Assembly: GCA_902762565.1 (NCBI GenBank) | Contig: CACWOS010000020.1 | Span: forward strand, 25,235-89,234 | Length of the DNA: 64,000 bases | Direction of reading: 5' to 3' | From: an uncultured Prevotellaceae bacterium | Lineage (GTDB): Bacteria; Bacteroidota; Bacteroidia; Bacteroidales; Bacteroidaceae | Shown: positions 46,262-55,056 of the stretch, piece after piece | How positions within the stretch are numbered: position 1 is the stretch's first letter | Layout: every line of letters starts with the position of its first letter | Notes under the pieces: generated by a model | Seen by the model: the letters and a program-made list of their open reading frames with translations, nothing else | Database searches by the model: none | Told to the model about the DNA's origin: nothing | Program-made: the position numbers and the translations under genes

Positions 46262-47550
46262 AAAAACTGTTTTTGTTGTTTATACTTTGTATCACCACTA
46301 TCGCTACTAAAGCACAAAGTGGCGATGCAAAAGGTGAGTGGTCTGGACAACTGAATGTATTTGGCCAGAAACTAACACTCGTGTTCCTTCTAGACGATGA
46401 AAACTGTACATTAGACTCACCAGACCAGGGCGTCAAGGGTGTTCCTGCTAAATTGGAGCGCACAGAAACAGGTATCAAAGTTTCAGTTTCGTCAATCAAT
46501 GCCAGCTACGAAGGTGTAAATAAAGGTGACTCCATCACGGGAACATTTAAACAGCGTGGGGTGTCATTTCCACTGACCCTAAAACCGGGCACGATGAAAC
46601 GCAACCGTCCGCAGACACCCGTCGGTCCCAACCCCTACCAGACACAGGAGGTGAGTTTCAATAATGGCGATGCAGTGCTGAAAGGCACACTTATTCTGCC
46701 TCAGAAGTATACAAAGGAAACGCCGGTGGTGCTGATGGTGACAGGTAGTGGACTTCAAAACAGAGATGAAGAAGTCTTTGAGCACAAACCCTTTGCTGTC
46801 ATTGCCGATGCTTTGGCCAAACAAGGCATCGCCACACTCCGCTATGACGACCGCGGTTTCGGGGAATCTAAGGGCGACCTGGTAAATGTCACCACCGAAG
46901 ATCTTAAGAACGATGCACTAGCAGGCGTGGAACTATTACGCAAGCAGTTCAAGAAAGTTGGCGTCCTTGGCCATAGCGAGGGCGGCACCATCGGACTCAT
47001 ACTGGCAGCAGAAGGCAAAGTGGACTTCGTTGTAAGTTTGGCTGGAGGAGTGACATCATTCGAGGAAACACTATTGGACCAAAACCGATGGACACTACAA
47101 CAGGCAGGATATTCGAAGGATGTGACAGGCCGTTATTGCACAGTACTTAAAGGTCTGTTCGACGAACTGAAGGTAGGCAGAAATCCAGCACCAGCCAACC
47201 ACAATCTGCCTGCGGAACTGGAGCAGAACCTCAAGATGGCACAAGCACAGAGTAGCACGCCCTATATGCGTTATTTCCTCGGACTGGATTTAACCGGCAG
47301 CTTAGGAAAAATCACCTGCCCCGTACTGGCACTGAACGGAACGAAGGACCGTCAAGTGAACTGCGAAGAGAATTTGAATGCTCTCCGAGGAGGACTTGCA
47401 GGTCAGAAAGAAATCAAGGCCATGGATGGACTCAACCACATGTTCCAGCACTGTGGCACGGGCGATCCGAGTGAATATAAGGACATCGAAGAAACATTTG
47501 CACCCGAAGCTCTTGACATCATCACGACATGGCTGAAGAAGTTTAAATAA
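46258..47550 (+). CDS. Secreted alpha/beta hydrolase
   Basis: Signal peptide, nucleophile elbow (GHSEGG) and a C-terminal DGLNHMF (His); ATGA overlap with the regulator gene. Confidence 0.75.
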   Translation: MKKLFLLFILCITTIATKAQSGDAKGEWSGQLNVFGQKLTLVFLLDDENCTLDSPDQGVKGVPAKLERTETGIKVSVSSINASYEGVNKGDSITGTFKQRGVSFPLTLKPGTMKRNRPQTPVGPNPYQTQEVSFNNGDAVLKGTLILPQKYTKETPVVLMVTGSGLQNRDEEVFEHKPFAVIADALAKQGIATLRYDDRGFGESKGDLVNVTTEDLKNDALAGVELLRKQFKKVGVLGHSEGGTIGLILAAEGKVDFVVSLAGGVTSFEETLLDQNRWTLQQAGYSKDVTGRYCTVLKGLFDELKVGRNPAPANHNLPAELEQNLKMAQAQSSTPYMRYFLGLDLTGSLGKITCPVLALNGTKDRQVNCEENLNALRGGLAGQKEIKAMDGLNHMFQHCGTGDPSEYKDIEETFAPEALDIITTWLKKFK

Positions 47551-47619
47551 TCTCACCAGTGAATTGAATCTCGATACAATCTTGCCTATACCAAACAGAT
47601 TTTCTGATATATCTATTAT

Positions 47620-47650
47620 GAGCCTGCCGATGACAATTACCGGCAGGCTC
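47620..47650. terminator. Bidirectional terminator hairpin
   Basis: gagcctgccg-atgacaatta-ccggcaggctc, followed by gtatttta. Confidence 0.75.
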
Positions 47651-47665
47651 GTATTTTATAGAGTA

Positions 47666-48046
47666 TCACATATGAATGTTACGGTTCCTGGTTTGCAGAC
47701 AAGCTTCCTTCATATCTTGGGATATAGCAGAGAGTTGCCCTTTGACACGCTCACACTCCTCGCGATTCAGAAAGGGAAGTGAGGCATTGTACACAGTTTC
47801 TGCTGCTTTTTCCTTATCGGGTTGGCCATTCATATAGCGTTTGACATCGCACTCCTGGCGATAGCTGAAACTACGATAGCCAGACTGAATATAATCTACA
47901 ACAGCCTTAACAGCACCTCTTAGCAGTTCAGGAAGATAGACAGATAGAAAACCGTTCGGAAAACACGAACAGTTGTGACAGGCAGATATTATGCCTATTA
48001 TACAAAAATGCGTTATGCAAATTTGTATAATTGTATTTTTAATCCC
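47666..48046 (-). pseudogene. Start-less 126-codon open frame (possible gene remnant)
   Basis: Hand translation: ...YLPELLRGAVKAVVDYIQSGYRSFSYRQECDVKRYMNGQPDKEKAAETVYNASLPFLNREECERVKGQLSAISQDMKEACLQTRNRNIHM-stop. The only ATG would leave 55 aa. No family recognised. Confidence 0.3.
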
Positions 48047-49451
48047 CTACCACTTCCCAGTAACCACCTTTGTCTGGGCCAATACGTTTAATTATTCCTT
48101 TATCTTGTAAAGACCTAATATGTTTAGCAATAGTTCGACGAATAATCCCAATGGAATCTGCCATTTCCTGGGTTGTAACATAAGGATTCTCACGAATTAA
48201 GTTTATTATTTTCTGTGTACTTTTCTGTGTACTTTTCTGTGTACTTTTCTGTGTAGTATCTGCATTACTACCCTGTAAAGTCGGAATATATGGTATCTCG
48301 ATACGGTACACATCCTGCTCTTCTATGATTGGTTCCTTGCCATTAGCATAAAGCGGCGTATACTTGAACATCTTTCTTATTCCACTGCCCAGTTCCTCAA
48401 CTATACCCATTTGAGAAAACACATTGGCTATCTTTGGATTCTTACGATGTGGACGCATAGTCTGTAGGTTGATAGTACCATAGACGTATGGGATATTCCA
48501 ATTCTCTGTGACGATGCGATCGCGATAAATCGTAAACGTCGTTGGATAAGCACTACTGTACTCGCGATGGATGATGAGGTTTAGGGCAACCTCTCTCAGT
48601 ATCCTGTCACGCAGACTGAATCTCTGTATTCCCTCAATGTAGGGCTGTTCTGGCAGATGCTTCTTGATAAAGTCCATCATTATTGGATAGGCTTTCAACA
48701 GATTGCAACTCAACAACTCCCTGTCATCATATAACTCTATGTCGTTTACTCGGCACAAGAGATCTATTCTGTATGTTGGCAAAGCAGTTGCAATAGCATG
48801 ACTGTTACCAAACAACAAGATTGCTGCCAGTGTCAGTCCCTCTTTGCCTGTTTCAGGATCAATGGCAATTAGTTCACCTGAACGTATAATTTCCTCGTTT
48901 GACAGATTTAGCCAAGGATGTTTCGAGTTCTCAATACGAATTCCTCTTTTCAGTTCATCAAAAGCTTCCTCGTCGAGATCCTTCATCCCTAGCATCGGAT
49001 ATACCCTATCCTCAGTCTTCATTCTGCTCTTACGAATAAACAGATTGGCAATCTGCTCGGTACTACGCAATTCAAAGTCACCATCCTGATTACGGTCGTA
49101 ATAGATTCCTTTATAGCTATGAGCCTGGTTACTCTCAGGGACATAGAAATAAATAATCTGCTTACCGTCTATTTCCATCGGCTCATAACTCAAATAGTAA
49201 GTCGGCTTGAACAGTTGAGGATTATTCATATCCTTTGCCAACTGATCCATCTGCTCTTGAACTTTCGCAGGATTGATGCCGACAATATTACCGTCGTTGT
49301 CTGCGCCCAATACTACATGGCCACCTCTACGATTCAAGAACGCACAGATAGATTCATATACAGAGCGAGCCAGACTGTCTTGCGACTTCTTGAACTCGAT
49401 CTCTGTACCTTCCTTTTGGGCTATTATCGTCTTTAACTTATCTGGAGTCAT
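48039..49451 (-). CDS. AlbA_2 (Schlafen-like, divergent-AAA) / HATPase-like / C-terminal wHTH protein
   Basis: N-terminus (KEGTEIEFKKSQDSLARSVYESICAFLNRRGGHVVLG), mid region (ALNLIIHREYS) and C-terminal wHTH (VTTQEMADSIGIIRRTIAKHIRSLQDKGIIKRIG). AT-rich. Confidence 0.65.
   Translation of the reverse strand: MTPDKLKTIIAQKEGTEIEFKKSQDSLARSVYESICAFLNRRGGHVVLGADNDGNIVGINPAKVQEQMDQLAKDMNNPQLFKPTYYLSYEPMEIDGKQIIYFYVPESNQAHSYKGIYYDRNQDGDFELRSTEQIANLFIRKSRMKTEDRVYPMLGMKDLDEEAFDELKRGIRIENSKHPWLNLSNEEIIRSGELIAIDPETGKEGLTLAAILLFGNSHAIATALPTYRIDLLCRVNDIELYDDRELLSCNLLKAYPIMMDFIKKHLPEQPYIEGIQRFSLRDRILREVALNLIIHREYSSAYPTTFTIYRDRIVTENWNIPYVYGTINLQTMRPHRKNPKIANVFSQMGIVEELGSGIRKMFKYTPLYANGKEPIIEEQDVYRIEIPYIPTLQGSNADTTQKSTQKSTQKSTQKIINLIRENPYVTTQEMADSIGIIRRTIAKHIRSLQDKGIIKRIGPDKGGYWEVVGD
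48209..48256. repeat. In-frame 12-bp tandem repeat x4 (encodes TQKS x4)
   Basis: ttttctgtgtac x3 plus ttttctgtgtag. Confidence 0.9.
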
Positions 49452-49474
49452 GATTGTCTTTTTTTGTCAGGGTG

Positions 49475-49482
49475 CAAAGGTA
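49475..49482 (-). promoter_or_regulatory. -7 promoter box (TAccTTTG on minus strand) for the AlbA_2 gene
   Basis: The plus strand reads CAAAGGTA, 24 nt upstream of the ATG at 49451. Confidence 0.5.
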
Positions 49483-49494
49483 ACGAGAAAAATC

Positions 49495-49521
49495 AAAAAA
49501 GTGGCAAATTAATGCCACTTT
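49495..49521 (-). terminator. Rho-independent terminator of the DUF2795 gene
   Basis: The minus strand reads aaagtggca-ttaatt-tgccac followed by ttttttgattttt. Confidence 0.8.
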
Positions 49522-49529
49522 CCTAATTG

Positions 49530-49751
49530 TTAGTACTCATCCTCGTTGAATAGGAAGTCTTCTTTTGTGGGATAGTCGGGCCAAATCTCCTCGATACTCT
49601 CGTAGATATCGCCCTCGTCTTCAATCTCCTGTAAATTCTCCAGCACCTCGAGGGGAGCGCCAGAGCGGATTGCGTAATCTATCAGTTCGTCCTTGGTTGC
49701 GGGCCAGGGAGCATCTTCCAATTTTGAAGCTAATTCTAGTGTCCAATACAT
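49530..49751 (-). CDS. DUF2795 domain-containing protein
   Basis: MYWTLELASKLEDAPWPATKDELIDYAIRSGAPLEVLENLQEIEDE... The start is set at 49751 because the -7 box at 49785-49792 lies inside the longer ORF-track call. Confidence 0.75.
   Translation of the reverse strand: MYWTLELASKLEDAPWPATKDELIDYAIRSGAPLEVLENLQEIEDEGDIYESIEEIWPDYPTKEDFLFNEDEY
49531..49550. repeat. att-like 20-mer, copy C (the functional 3' end of the DUF2795 gene)
   Basis: tagtactcatcctcgttgaa, which is FNEDEY plus the last two bases of the TAA stop (49530-49532) on the minus strand. Confidence 0.9.
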
Positions 49752-49784
49752 AGTTTTAATTATTATAGTTTCTGAATTTGCCCG

Positions 49785-49792
49785 CAAAAGTA
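49785..49792 (-). promoter_or_regulatory. -7 promoter box (TActTTTG on minus strand) for the DUF2795 gene
   Basis: The plus strand reads CAAAAGTA, 34 nt upstream of the ATG at 49751. Confidence 0.5.
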
Positions 49793-49804
49793 ATATTTTT
49801 TTTC

Positions 49805-50371
49805 CTATTTACAAACGTTCTGCCATATTTTTTCTTCTATTCCTTGAAGAAAATTCAACTTTTTGGCCAAAACGAACAAATAATCACTCAAACGGTTGAT
49901 ATATTGCTGCACTTCTGGTGACACAACAGCATCTTCTGAGAGAGCCACGATGCAACGCTCAGCACGTCGACAAACGGTGCGACAGACATGGGCCTGAGCC
50001 GCCTCCTGACATCCACCAGGAAGAATGAAACCTTGAGGTTCGGGCAACTCGTGCATGATGGTGTCAACCTCTTGTTCCAATAGCTCTATCTCGCCCTCTG
50101 GCAGATGGGCTGAAGGATATAGAGGTGTCTGCGACTGGTCGGTAGCGAGATTGGTGCAAACATTGAAGAGGCAGGTCTGAATGCGCACGACCATCTGGTA
50201 TTCATGACTATCTACAGGCAATAGTGATGCCAAGAGTCCTAGGTGTGAACTGAGTTCGTCGACGGTGCCATAGGCCTCCAGACGGGTGCTGGCTTTTGAT
50301 ACACGTTGGCCACCAACCAGTGAGGTTAGTCCTTTGTCGCCTGTACGGGTGTATACTTTTGTAATCTTCAT
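49805..50371 (-). CDS. ATP:cob(I)alamin adenosyltransferase, PduO type
   Basis: MKITKVYTRTGDKGLTSLVGGQRVSKASTRLEAYGTVDELSSHLGLL is the family N-terminal signature. Confidence 0.9.
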   Translation of the reverse strand: MKITKVYTRTGDKGLTSLVGGQRVSKASTRLEAYGTVDELSSHLGLLASLLPVDSHEYQMVVRIQTCLFNVCTNLATDQSQTPLYPSAHLPEGEIELLEQEVDTIMHELPEPQGFILPGGCQEAAQAHVCRTVCRRAERCIVALSEDAVVSPEVQQYINRLSDYLFVLAKKLNFLQGIEEKIWQNVCK

Positions 50372-50383
50372 ATAGGTTTGTGT

Positions 50384-50908
50384 TTAGAAATTGATGCGAT
50401 AGTTATGTTTGAAACGTTGGGTGTCGAAGAAGACGATGCCACAATAATAGAGGTCGAAGGTGGTACCTGTACGCTCGTCATGTTCGATAGCATGCCAGGC
50501 TTCCCAATCACGGAAGATGCCTTCGACGATGATGACGGACTGCTGGTTACAATGCGTATAAAACTGCTCTAGTTGTGCATGTTGTTCTATCTCGATACGA
50601 GCTAGTTGCAGCGGTTCGTTGCCTAAGTTGGAAAGAATGCGAGCAGAACGACAACCAGCTTGGAACCAAAGCAGATAGTCATCAGTAAGAATGGTAGATG
50701 GCTGGCGCCAGTTGGCTATGCGCAGATAGAGTTGTCCTAGATGGCGTTGATGCCAGCATGATGCCTTGATATGGTCGTAGGCATAGTAGGGGCTGTGTTC
50801 GTTGACCACTGTGCGCACGAAATCGAAGTCGGTAGGCGACTGGATGCCAAATCCCTGGCACTTGTGAATGCGGCTCAACCAGACGAGCCATCGCTTGAAT
50901 GCTGTCAT
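50384..50908 (-). CDS. Conserved hypothetical protein
   Basis: ATG at 50908; the ORF-track start at 50914 is TTG. No family recognised. Confidence 0.5.
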   Translation of the reverse strand: MTAFKRWLVWLSRIHKCQGFGIQSPTDFDFVRTVVNEHSPYYAYDHIKASCWHQRHLGQLYLRIANWRQPSTILTDDYLLWFQAGCRSARILSNLGNEPLQLARIEIEQHAQLEQFYTHCNQQSVIIVEGIFRDWEAWHAIEHDERTGTTFDLYYCGIVFFDTQRFKHNYRINF

Positions 50909-50910
50909 GG

Positions 50911-51774
50911 TCAATACTCTATATAAGGTTCCAGTCGATGAATCGCTTCGTCCGTGAAGTCCTTGCTGAGGCGTAACTCATCGATGCTCTTGATATCACC
51001 ATGCAGTCGGCGATAGTCGGTGATGGCTTTAGCCTGATAGAAGTTGATATACGGATGACGACGCAGCTGTTGTAACGTCAGTCTGTTGATATTCATGCGT
51101 TTGGGATGGGCATTGGCTATCACAAAGTACTGCTTGGCATCTTTGGGAAAGTTTTCTATCTCATCCAGTTGGTCAACGTTGACAAATCCACCCAAACGCT
51201 GACCATGACGGATAATCTCACTGGCATAGTAGGAGCCGATGCCTGGGACCTTCTTCAGTTGTGTGGTGTCGGCCGTATTCAGTACCACATGCTCGTTCTC
51301 CTGTATCTTGACAGGATAGCGCAGGGTATCACGCTCCACAGTTTCTCGCTTCCTCCCCACCAATGTCGAGGCTGGCAGATAGTCGCTGGAGATGCGGATG
51401 TAGGGTTCCAGTTCGCGATACTGCTTGACAGTCAGACCGTAAAGGCGGGCAAAATCCTCCTTCTGACGATAGATGCCCCCATTTGCCCGATATTTATAGA
51501 TGTTGCGTACCTGCCAAGGTTGTAGTCCAAGACGCAACAGCTGAGTGCTGTCTGCCGTATTGGGATCGAAAGGAAAACGTTCCACCTTTTGCGACTCAGT
51601 GGCATAATACTGTGTGGGACGCTTGCTGCGAGCGCTTTTCTGATGACTGAAGATGCTGTCGGAGGCCATTTGCTGAGGCTCGACCTTGTAGTCGCCAAAC
51701 TTCCAGAAGAAGGCTGCAAAGGCCACAGCCAGCAATAGGAGTGCGATAGCTATCTTACGGTCGTTGCGAATCAT
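50911..51774 (-). CDS. ComEA-like helix-hairpin-helix DNA-binding protein
   Basis: N-terminal transmembrane segment (IAIALLLLAVAFAAFFW) and three HhH repeats (for example LNTADTTQLKKVPGIGSYYASEIIRHG). The start at 51774 forms an ATGA overlap with the upstream stop; the longer ORF-track call overlaps the transporter gene. Confidence 0.75.
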   Translation of the reverse strand: MIRNDRKIAIALLLLAVAFAAFFWKFGDYKVEPQQMASDSIFSHQKSARSKRPTQYYATESQKVERFPFDPNTADSTQLLRLGLQPWQVRNIYKYRANGGIYRQKEDFARLYGLTVKQYRELEPYIRISSDYLPASTLVGRKRETVERDTLRYPVKIQENEHVVLNTADTTQLKKVPGIGSYYASEIIRHGQRLGGFVNVDQLDEIENFPKDAKQYFVIANAHPKRMNINRLTLQQLRRHPYINFYQAKAITDYRRLHGDIKSIDELRLSKDFTDEAIHRLEPYIEY

Positions 51775-53129
51775 ATAATACCTAGCTGATGAAGGAAGAC
51801 AAGGACGATGCAGAGCGGACAGACGTAACGCACAGCAAAGAGGAATACGGGGAAGATGCGTTGTCCGTGCGTGCCCCAGTTGGTAAACTCGTCGTGAGCC
51901 ACCTGACGTGGGATATACCAGCCCACAAACAGACAAGCTAACAACGCACCTATGGGCAGCATGAAGTTAGCTGTCAACTGGTCGCAGAAATCCATCACAG
52001 AGATGCCTAATAGTTTCAGTTCGTCCATAGCACCTACGGACAGCGAACAAACCATGCAGATGAGCGAGGCCACCACTGTTATGACCCATGCAGAACGGCG
52101 TCGTGGCATGTTCCACTCTTCTGTAAAGAAGGCTGTGCCGATCTCGTGCATCGAGATGGTAGAGGTGAGAGCGGCAAACACCAATAGGGCAAAGAACATA
52201 ACGCCAACGACATAGCCCGCGATAGGCATAGCGGCAAAAGCCTGTTGGAAGACATTGGGTAGGGTGATGAAAATGAGCGACGGACCAGAGTCAGGACTGA
52301 TACCTACTGATGCTGCAGCAGGGAATATCATCAAACCAGACAGAATGGCTATCATCGTATCAAGCAAGGCTATCTGACCTGCCGAAGCCAACAGGTTGGT
52401 ATCGCGTGAAAAGTAGCTGGCGTAAGTACATAAGCAGGCCGTACCTAACGACAGCGAGAAGAAGGCCTGTCCTAAGGCATCCAGCATCACATTGCTGGAC
52501 AACTTGCTGAAGTCGGGCTGGAACAGGAAACGCACCCCTTCCATAGCGCCAGGCAAGAGACAGGAAGCGACCACCAATATGAGCAGTAGGAGAAACAAGA
52601 TAGGCATGAGCGTTTTGGAGGCTCGTTCAATACCGCCTCGCACACCTCTTACCACTACCAGATGGGTAATCAGGATAAATGCTATGCCAAACAGGACTGG
52701 GCGGATGGGACTGCTCGAGAAGCTGACGAAATAGTCTTTCACATAGTTGGCATCGCCACTCAGCTGTCCAACCAATGCGGCATACAGATACTGTAGACAC
52801 CAGCCTGCTACCACCGCATAGAAACCTAGAATGATGGTTGAGGTCAGTATGCCAAGATAGCCTACCAGTTTCCAAGGTCGTCCACCAGACAGCTTATCGT
52901 AGGCAGCAGCGGCATTCGCTTGTGCATGACGACCAACAATGAATTCGCATATCATGCCTGGCAGTCCAAGCAACAGAATACAGATGATATATACCAGAAT
53001 GAAGGCGGCACCACCATCTTCGCCTACCATATACGGGAAGCGCCATACGTTGCCCAGTCCAACGGCACTGCCTGCCGTAGCTAGCACAATGCCTATCTTA
53101 CTGCCAAAATTACCTCGTTCGTTACTCAT
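51771..53129 (-). CDS. Sodium-dependent transporter, SNF (neurotransmitter:sodium symporter) family
   Basis: GSAVGLGNVWRFPYMVGEDGGAAF. Confidence 0.9.
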   Translation of the reverse strand: MSNERGNFGSKIGIVLATAGSAVGLGNVWRFPYMVGEDGGAAFILVYIICILLLGLPGMICEFIVGRHAQANAAAAYDKLSGGRPWKLVGYLGILTSTIILGFYAVVAGWCLQYLYAALVGQLSGDANYVKDYFVSFSSSPIRPVLFGIAFILITHLVVVRGVRGGIERASKTLMPILFLLLLILVVASCLLPGAMEGVRFLFQPDFSKLSSNVMLDALGQAFFSLSLGTACLCTYASYFSRDTNLLASAGQIALLDTMIAILSGLMIFPAAASVGISPDSGPSLIFITLPNVFQQAFAAMPIAGYVVGVMFFALLVFAALTSTISMHEIGTAFFTEEWNMPRRRSAWVITVVASLICMVCSLSVGAMDELKLLGISVMDFCDQLTANFMLPIGALLACLFVGWYIPRQVAHDEFTNWGTHGQRIFPVFLFAVRYVCPLCIVLVFLHQLGII

Positions 53130-53130
53130 A

Positions 53131-54510
53131 TTACTTTAAAAGACCTAATTGATGAAGGAATATGAACAAAATGGCTAGCGGACAGACATACTTTATCAAG
53201 AATAGATAGAAGTGGAAGAAGCGTCCACGCAGGGTGCCCCAGTTGGTAAACTCATCGCGAACCAGTTTGTGAGGCAGGAACCATCCAATGAAGATACATG
53301 TCAGGAAACCTACGACGGGTAGGAAAATCTGTCCTGTGATGAAGTCGAACCAATCAAATAAAGTTTTTCCAAAGAACTCAAAGCAGTTAACTGCTCCTAA
53401 CGACAGCGAGCAGAAGACGCCGATGATAGATGTTGATATGGTGACAATGAGTGCTGCCTTCTTGCGGGTGATCAGCATCTCCTCTTGAAAGAATGCGGTT
53501 GACACCTCGTGTAGTGACATCAACGACGTCAGGGCTGCCAATGAAAGCAGGACGAAAAACAGCAATGACACGATGTAGCCCACGATAGGCATTGTGCCGA
53601 AAGCCTGCTGGAACACGTTGGGCAGTGTGATGAAGATGAGCGACGGACCTGAGTCTGGATTGACCCCAACAGAGAAGGCTGCAGGGAATATCATGAGGCC
53701 GGCCAGAATGGCTACCAGACAGTCGATGACGGCAATCTGCACAGCCGAATTGGTCAGGTTGGTTTGCTTGGAGAAGTAGCTGGCGTAGGTACACAGACAT
53801 CCCATCGCAATGCTGAGCGAATAGAACGACTGGCCCAATGCTGCCAGGAATACGTCGCTGTTAATCTTCGAGAAGTCGGGCTTGAAGAGGAAGTTGATGC
53901 CCTTTTCTGCGCCAGGCAACATACATGCTGCCACCACAATGACGAGCAGCAATATAAACAAGGTGGGCATCATGAGTTTCGAGGCCCGTTCAATACCATC
54001 GCGTACCCCATGTTCGATAATCAGGTAGGTGATTCCCAGAATGATAACCGTCCAAAGAACGGGTTTCACGGGGTCGGATGCCAATGAGGTAAAATACTGT
54101 TGGAAGTATTCTGGTGAGCCAGACATATGACCTATCAGCGAAGCCCAAATATACTGCAAACACCAACCCGCTACCACTGCATAGTAGCCTGTGATAAGAA
54201 ATCCTGTGAGTACACCCATATAGCCGATAAAGGCCCAAGGACTGTTGCCAGCCAATTTGCGGTAGGCACGAGCTGTATTAGCCCGTCCGCTACGTCCGAT
54301 GATAAACTCACTAATCATGCAGGGAATGCCCAATAGCAGGACACAGGCGACATAGATGATGATAAAAACGGCGCCACCATTCTCGCCCGTCATATAGGGG
54401 AAACGCCATACGTTACCCAGTCCGACAGCACTACCCGCAGTGGCTAATATCACACCCAGTTTGCTGCCAAAATTCGCTCTTTCTAGTTTAGCAATCTCAG
54501 ATTTTCTCAT
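53131..54510 (-). CDS. Sodium-dependent transporter, SNF family (tandem paralog)
   Basis: GSAVGLGNVWRFPYMTGENGGAVF. The start is set at the ATG at 54510 (MRKSEIAKLERANFGSKLG). Confidence 0.9.
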   Translation of the reverse strand: MRKSEIAKLERANFGSKLGVILATAGSAVGLGNVWRFPYMTGENGGAVFIIIYVACVLLLGIPCMISEFIIGRSGRANTARAYRKLAGNSPWAFIGYMGVLTGFLITGYYAVVAGWCLQYIWASLIGHMSGSPEYFQQYFTSLASDPVKPVLWTVIILGITYLIIEHGVRDGIERASKLMMPTLFILLLVIVVAACMLPGAEKGINFLFKPDFSKINSDVFLAALGQSFYSLSIAMGCLCTYASYFSKQTNLTNSAVQIAVIDCLVAILAGLMIFPAAFSVGVNPDSGPSLIFITLPNVFQQAFGTMPIVGYIVSLLFFVLLSLAALTSLMSLHEVSTAFFQEEMLITRKKAALIVTISTSIIGVFCSLSLGAVNCFEFFGKTLFDWFDFITGQIFLPVVGFLTCIFIGWFLPHKLVRDEFTNWGTLRGRFFHFYLFLIKYVCPLAILFIFLHQLGLLK

Positions 54511-54555
54511 AATCGCTTGCAAAAGTATAAAATAATTCTTACTTTTGCAACCGAA

Positions 54556-54957
54556 ATGAAAGATATTCTGCAAAAAACAGTGCAAATAGTCAAGAAATAC
54601 CCCTTTAGCATTTGCTGTATCGTTCTGATTTGGATACTGTCGTTCCTGCCTTTTCCAGAGATGGAATCCTTAGAGGACGTGCCGTTTGTTGATAAGTGGA
54701 CACACATCGTCATGTACGGTGGTACGTGTGGTGTGATATGGACGGAGTATATTCGTAAACACCTGACTTTGGACACTGAAAAACTCTTTTTCTATGCGTG
54801 GCTGTTGCCCATCGTGATGAGTGGTGTAATAGAACTGCTACAAGAGTATTGTACCACCTATCGCGGAGGCGAGTGGCTCGACTTGGCAGCCAATAGCACG
54901 GGTGTCACTTTAGCTGTCGTTTATGGTCTGTTTTTCCGTTATTTCTATAAGAAATAG
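54556..54957 (+). CDS. VanZ-family membrane protein
   Basis: MKDILQKT...; FVDKWTHIVMYGG motif. A TActTTTG box at 54540-54547 excludes the 54517 start. Confidence 0.6.
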   Translation: MKDILQKTVQIVKKYPFSICCIVLIWILSFLPFPEMESLEDVPFVDKWTHIVMYGGTCGVIWTEYIRKHLTLDTEKLFFYAWLLPIVMSGVIELLQEYCTTYRGGEWLDLAANSTGVTLAVVYGLFFRYFYKK

Positions 54958-55020
54958 CCTCTAAATGCCTTGTTTTGATGTTTTTAACTTTAAAACAGCC
55001 GATAAGTGTAGTTTTTTGCG

Positions 55021-55028
55021 TACCTTTG
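55021..55028 (+). promoter_or_regulatory. -7 promoter box TAccTTTG for the lipid-cluster operon
   Basis: Consensus match 29 nt upstream of the ATG at 55057. Confidence 0.5.
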
Positions 55029-55056
55029 CAGGTTGAATCGCAATTAACAAAGTAAA

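Noticed and set aside
51771-54510. Tandem SNF-family transporters as something unusual.
   Set aside because: Tandem paralogous sodium symporters are common in Bacteroidota. Both look intact, so this is an ordinary duplication.
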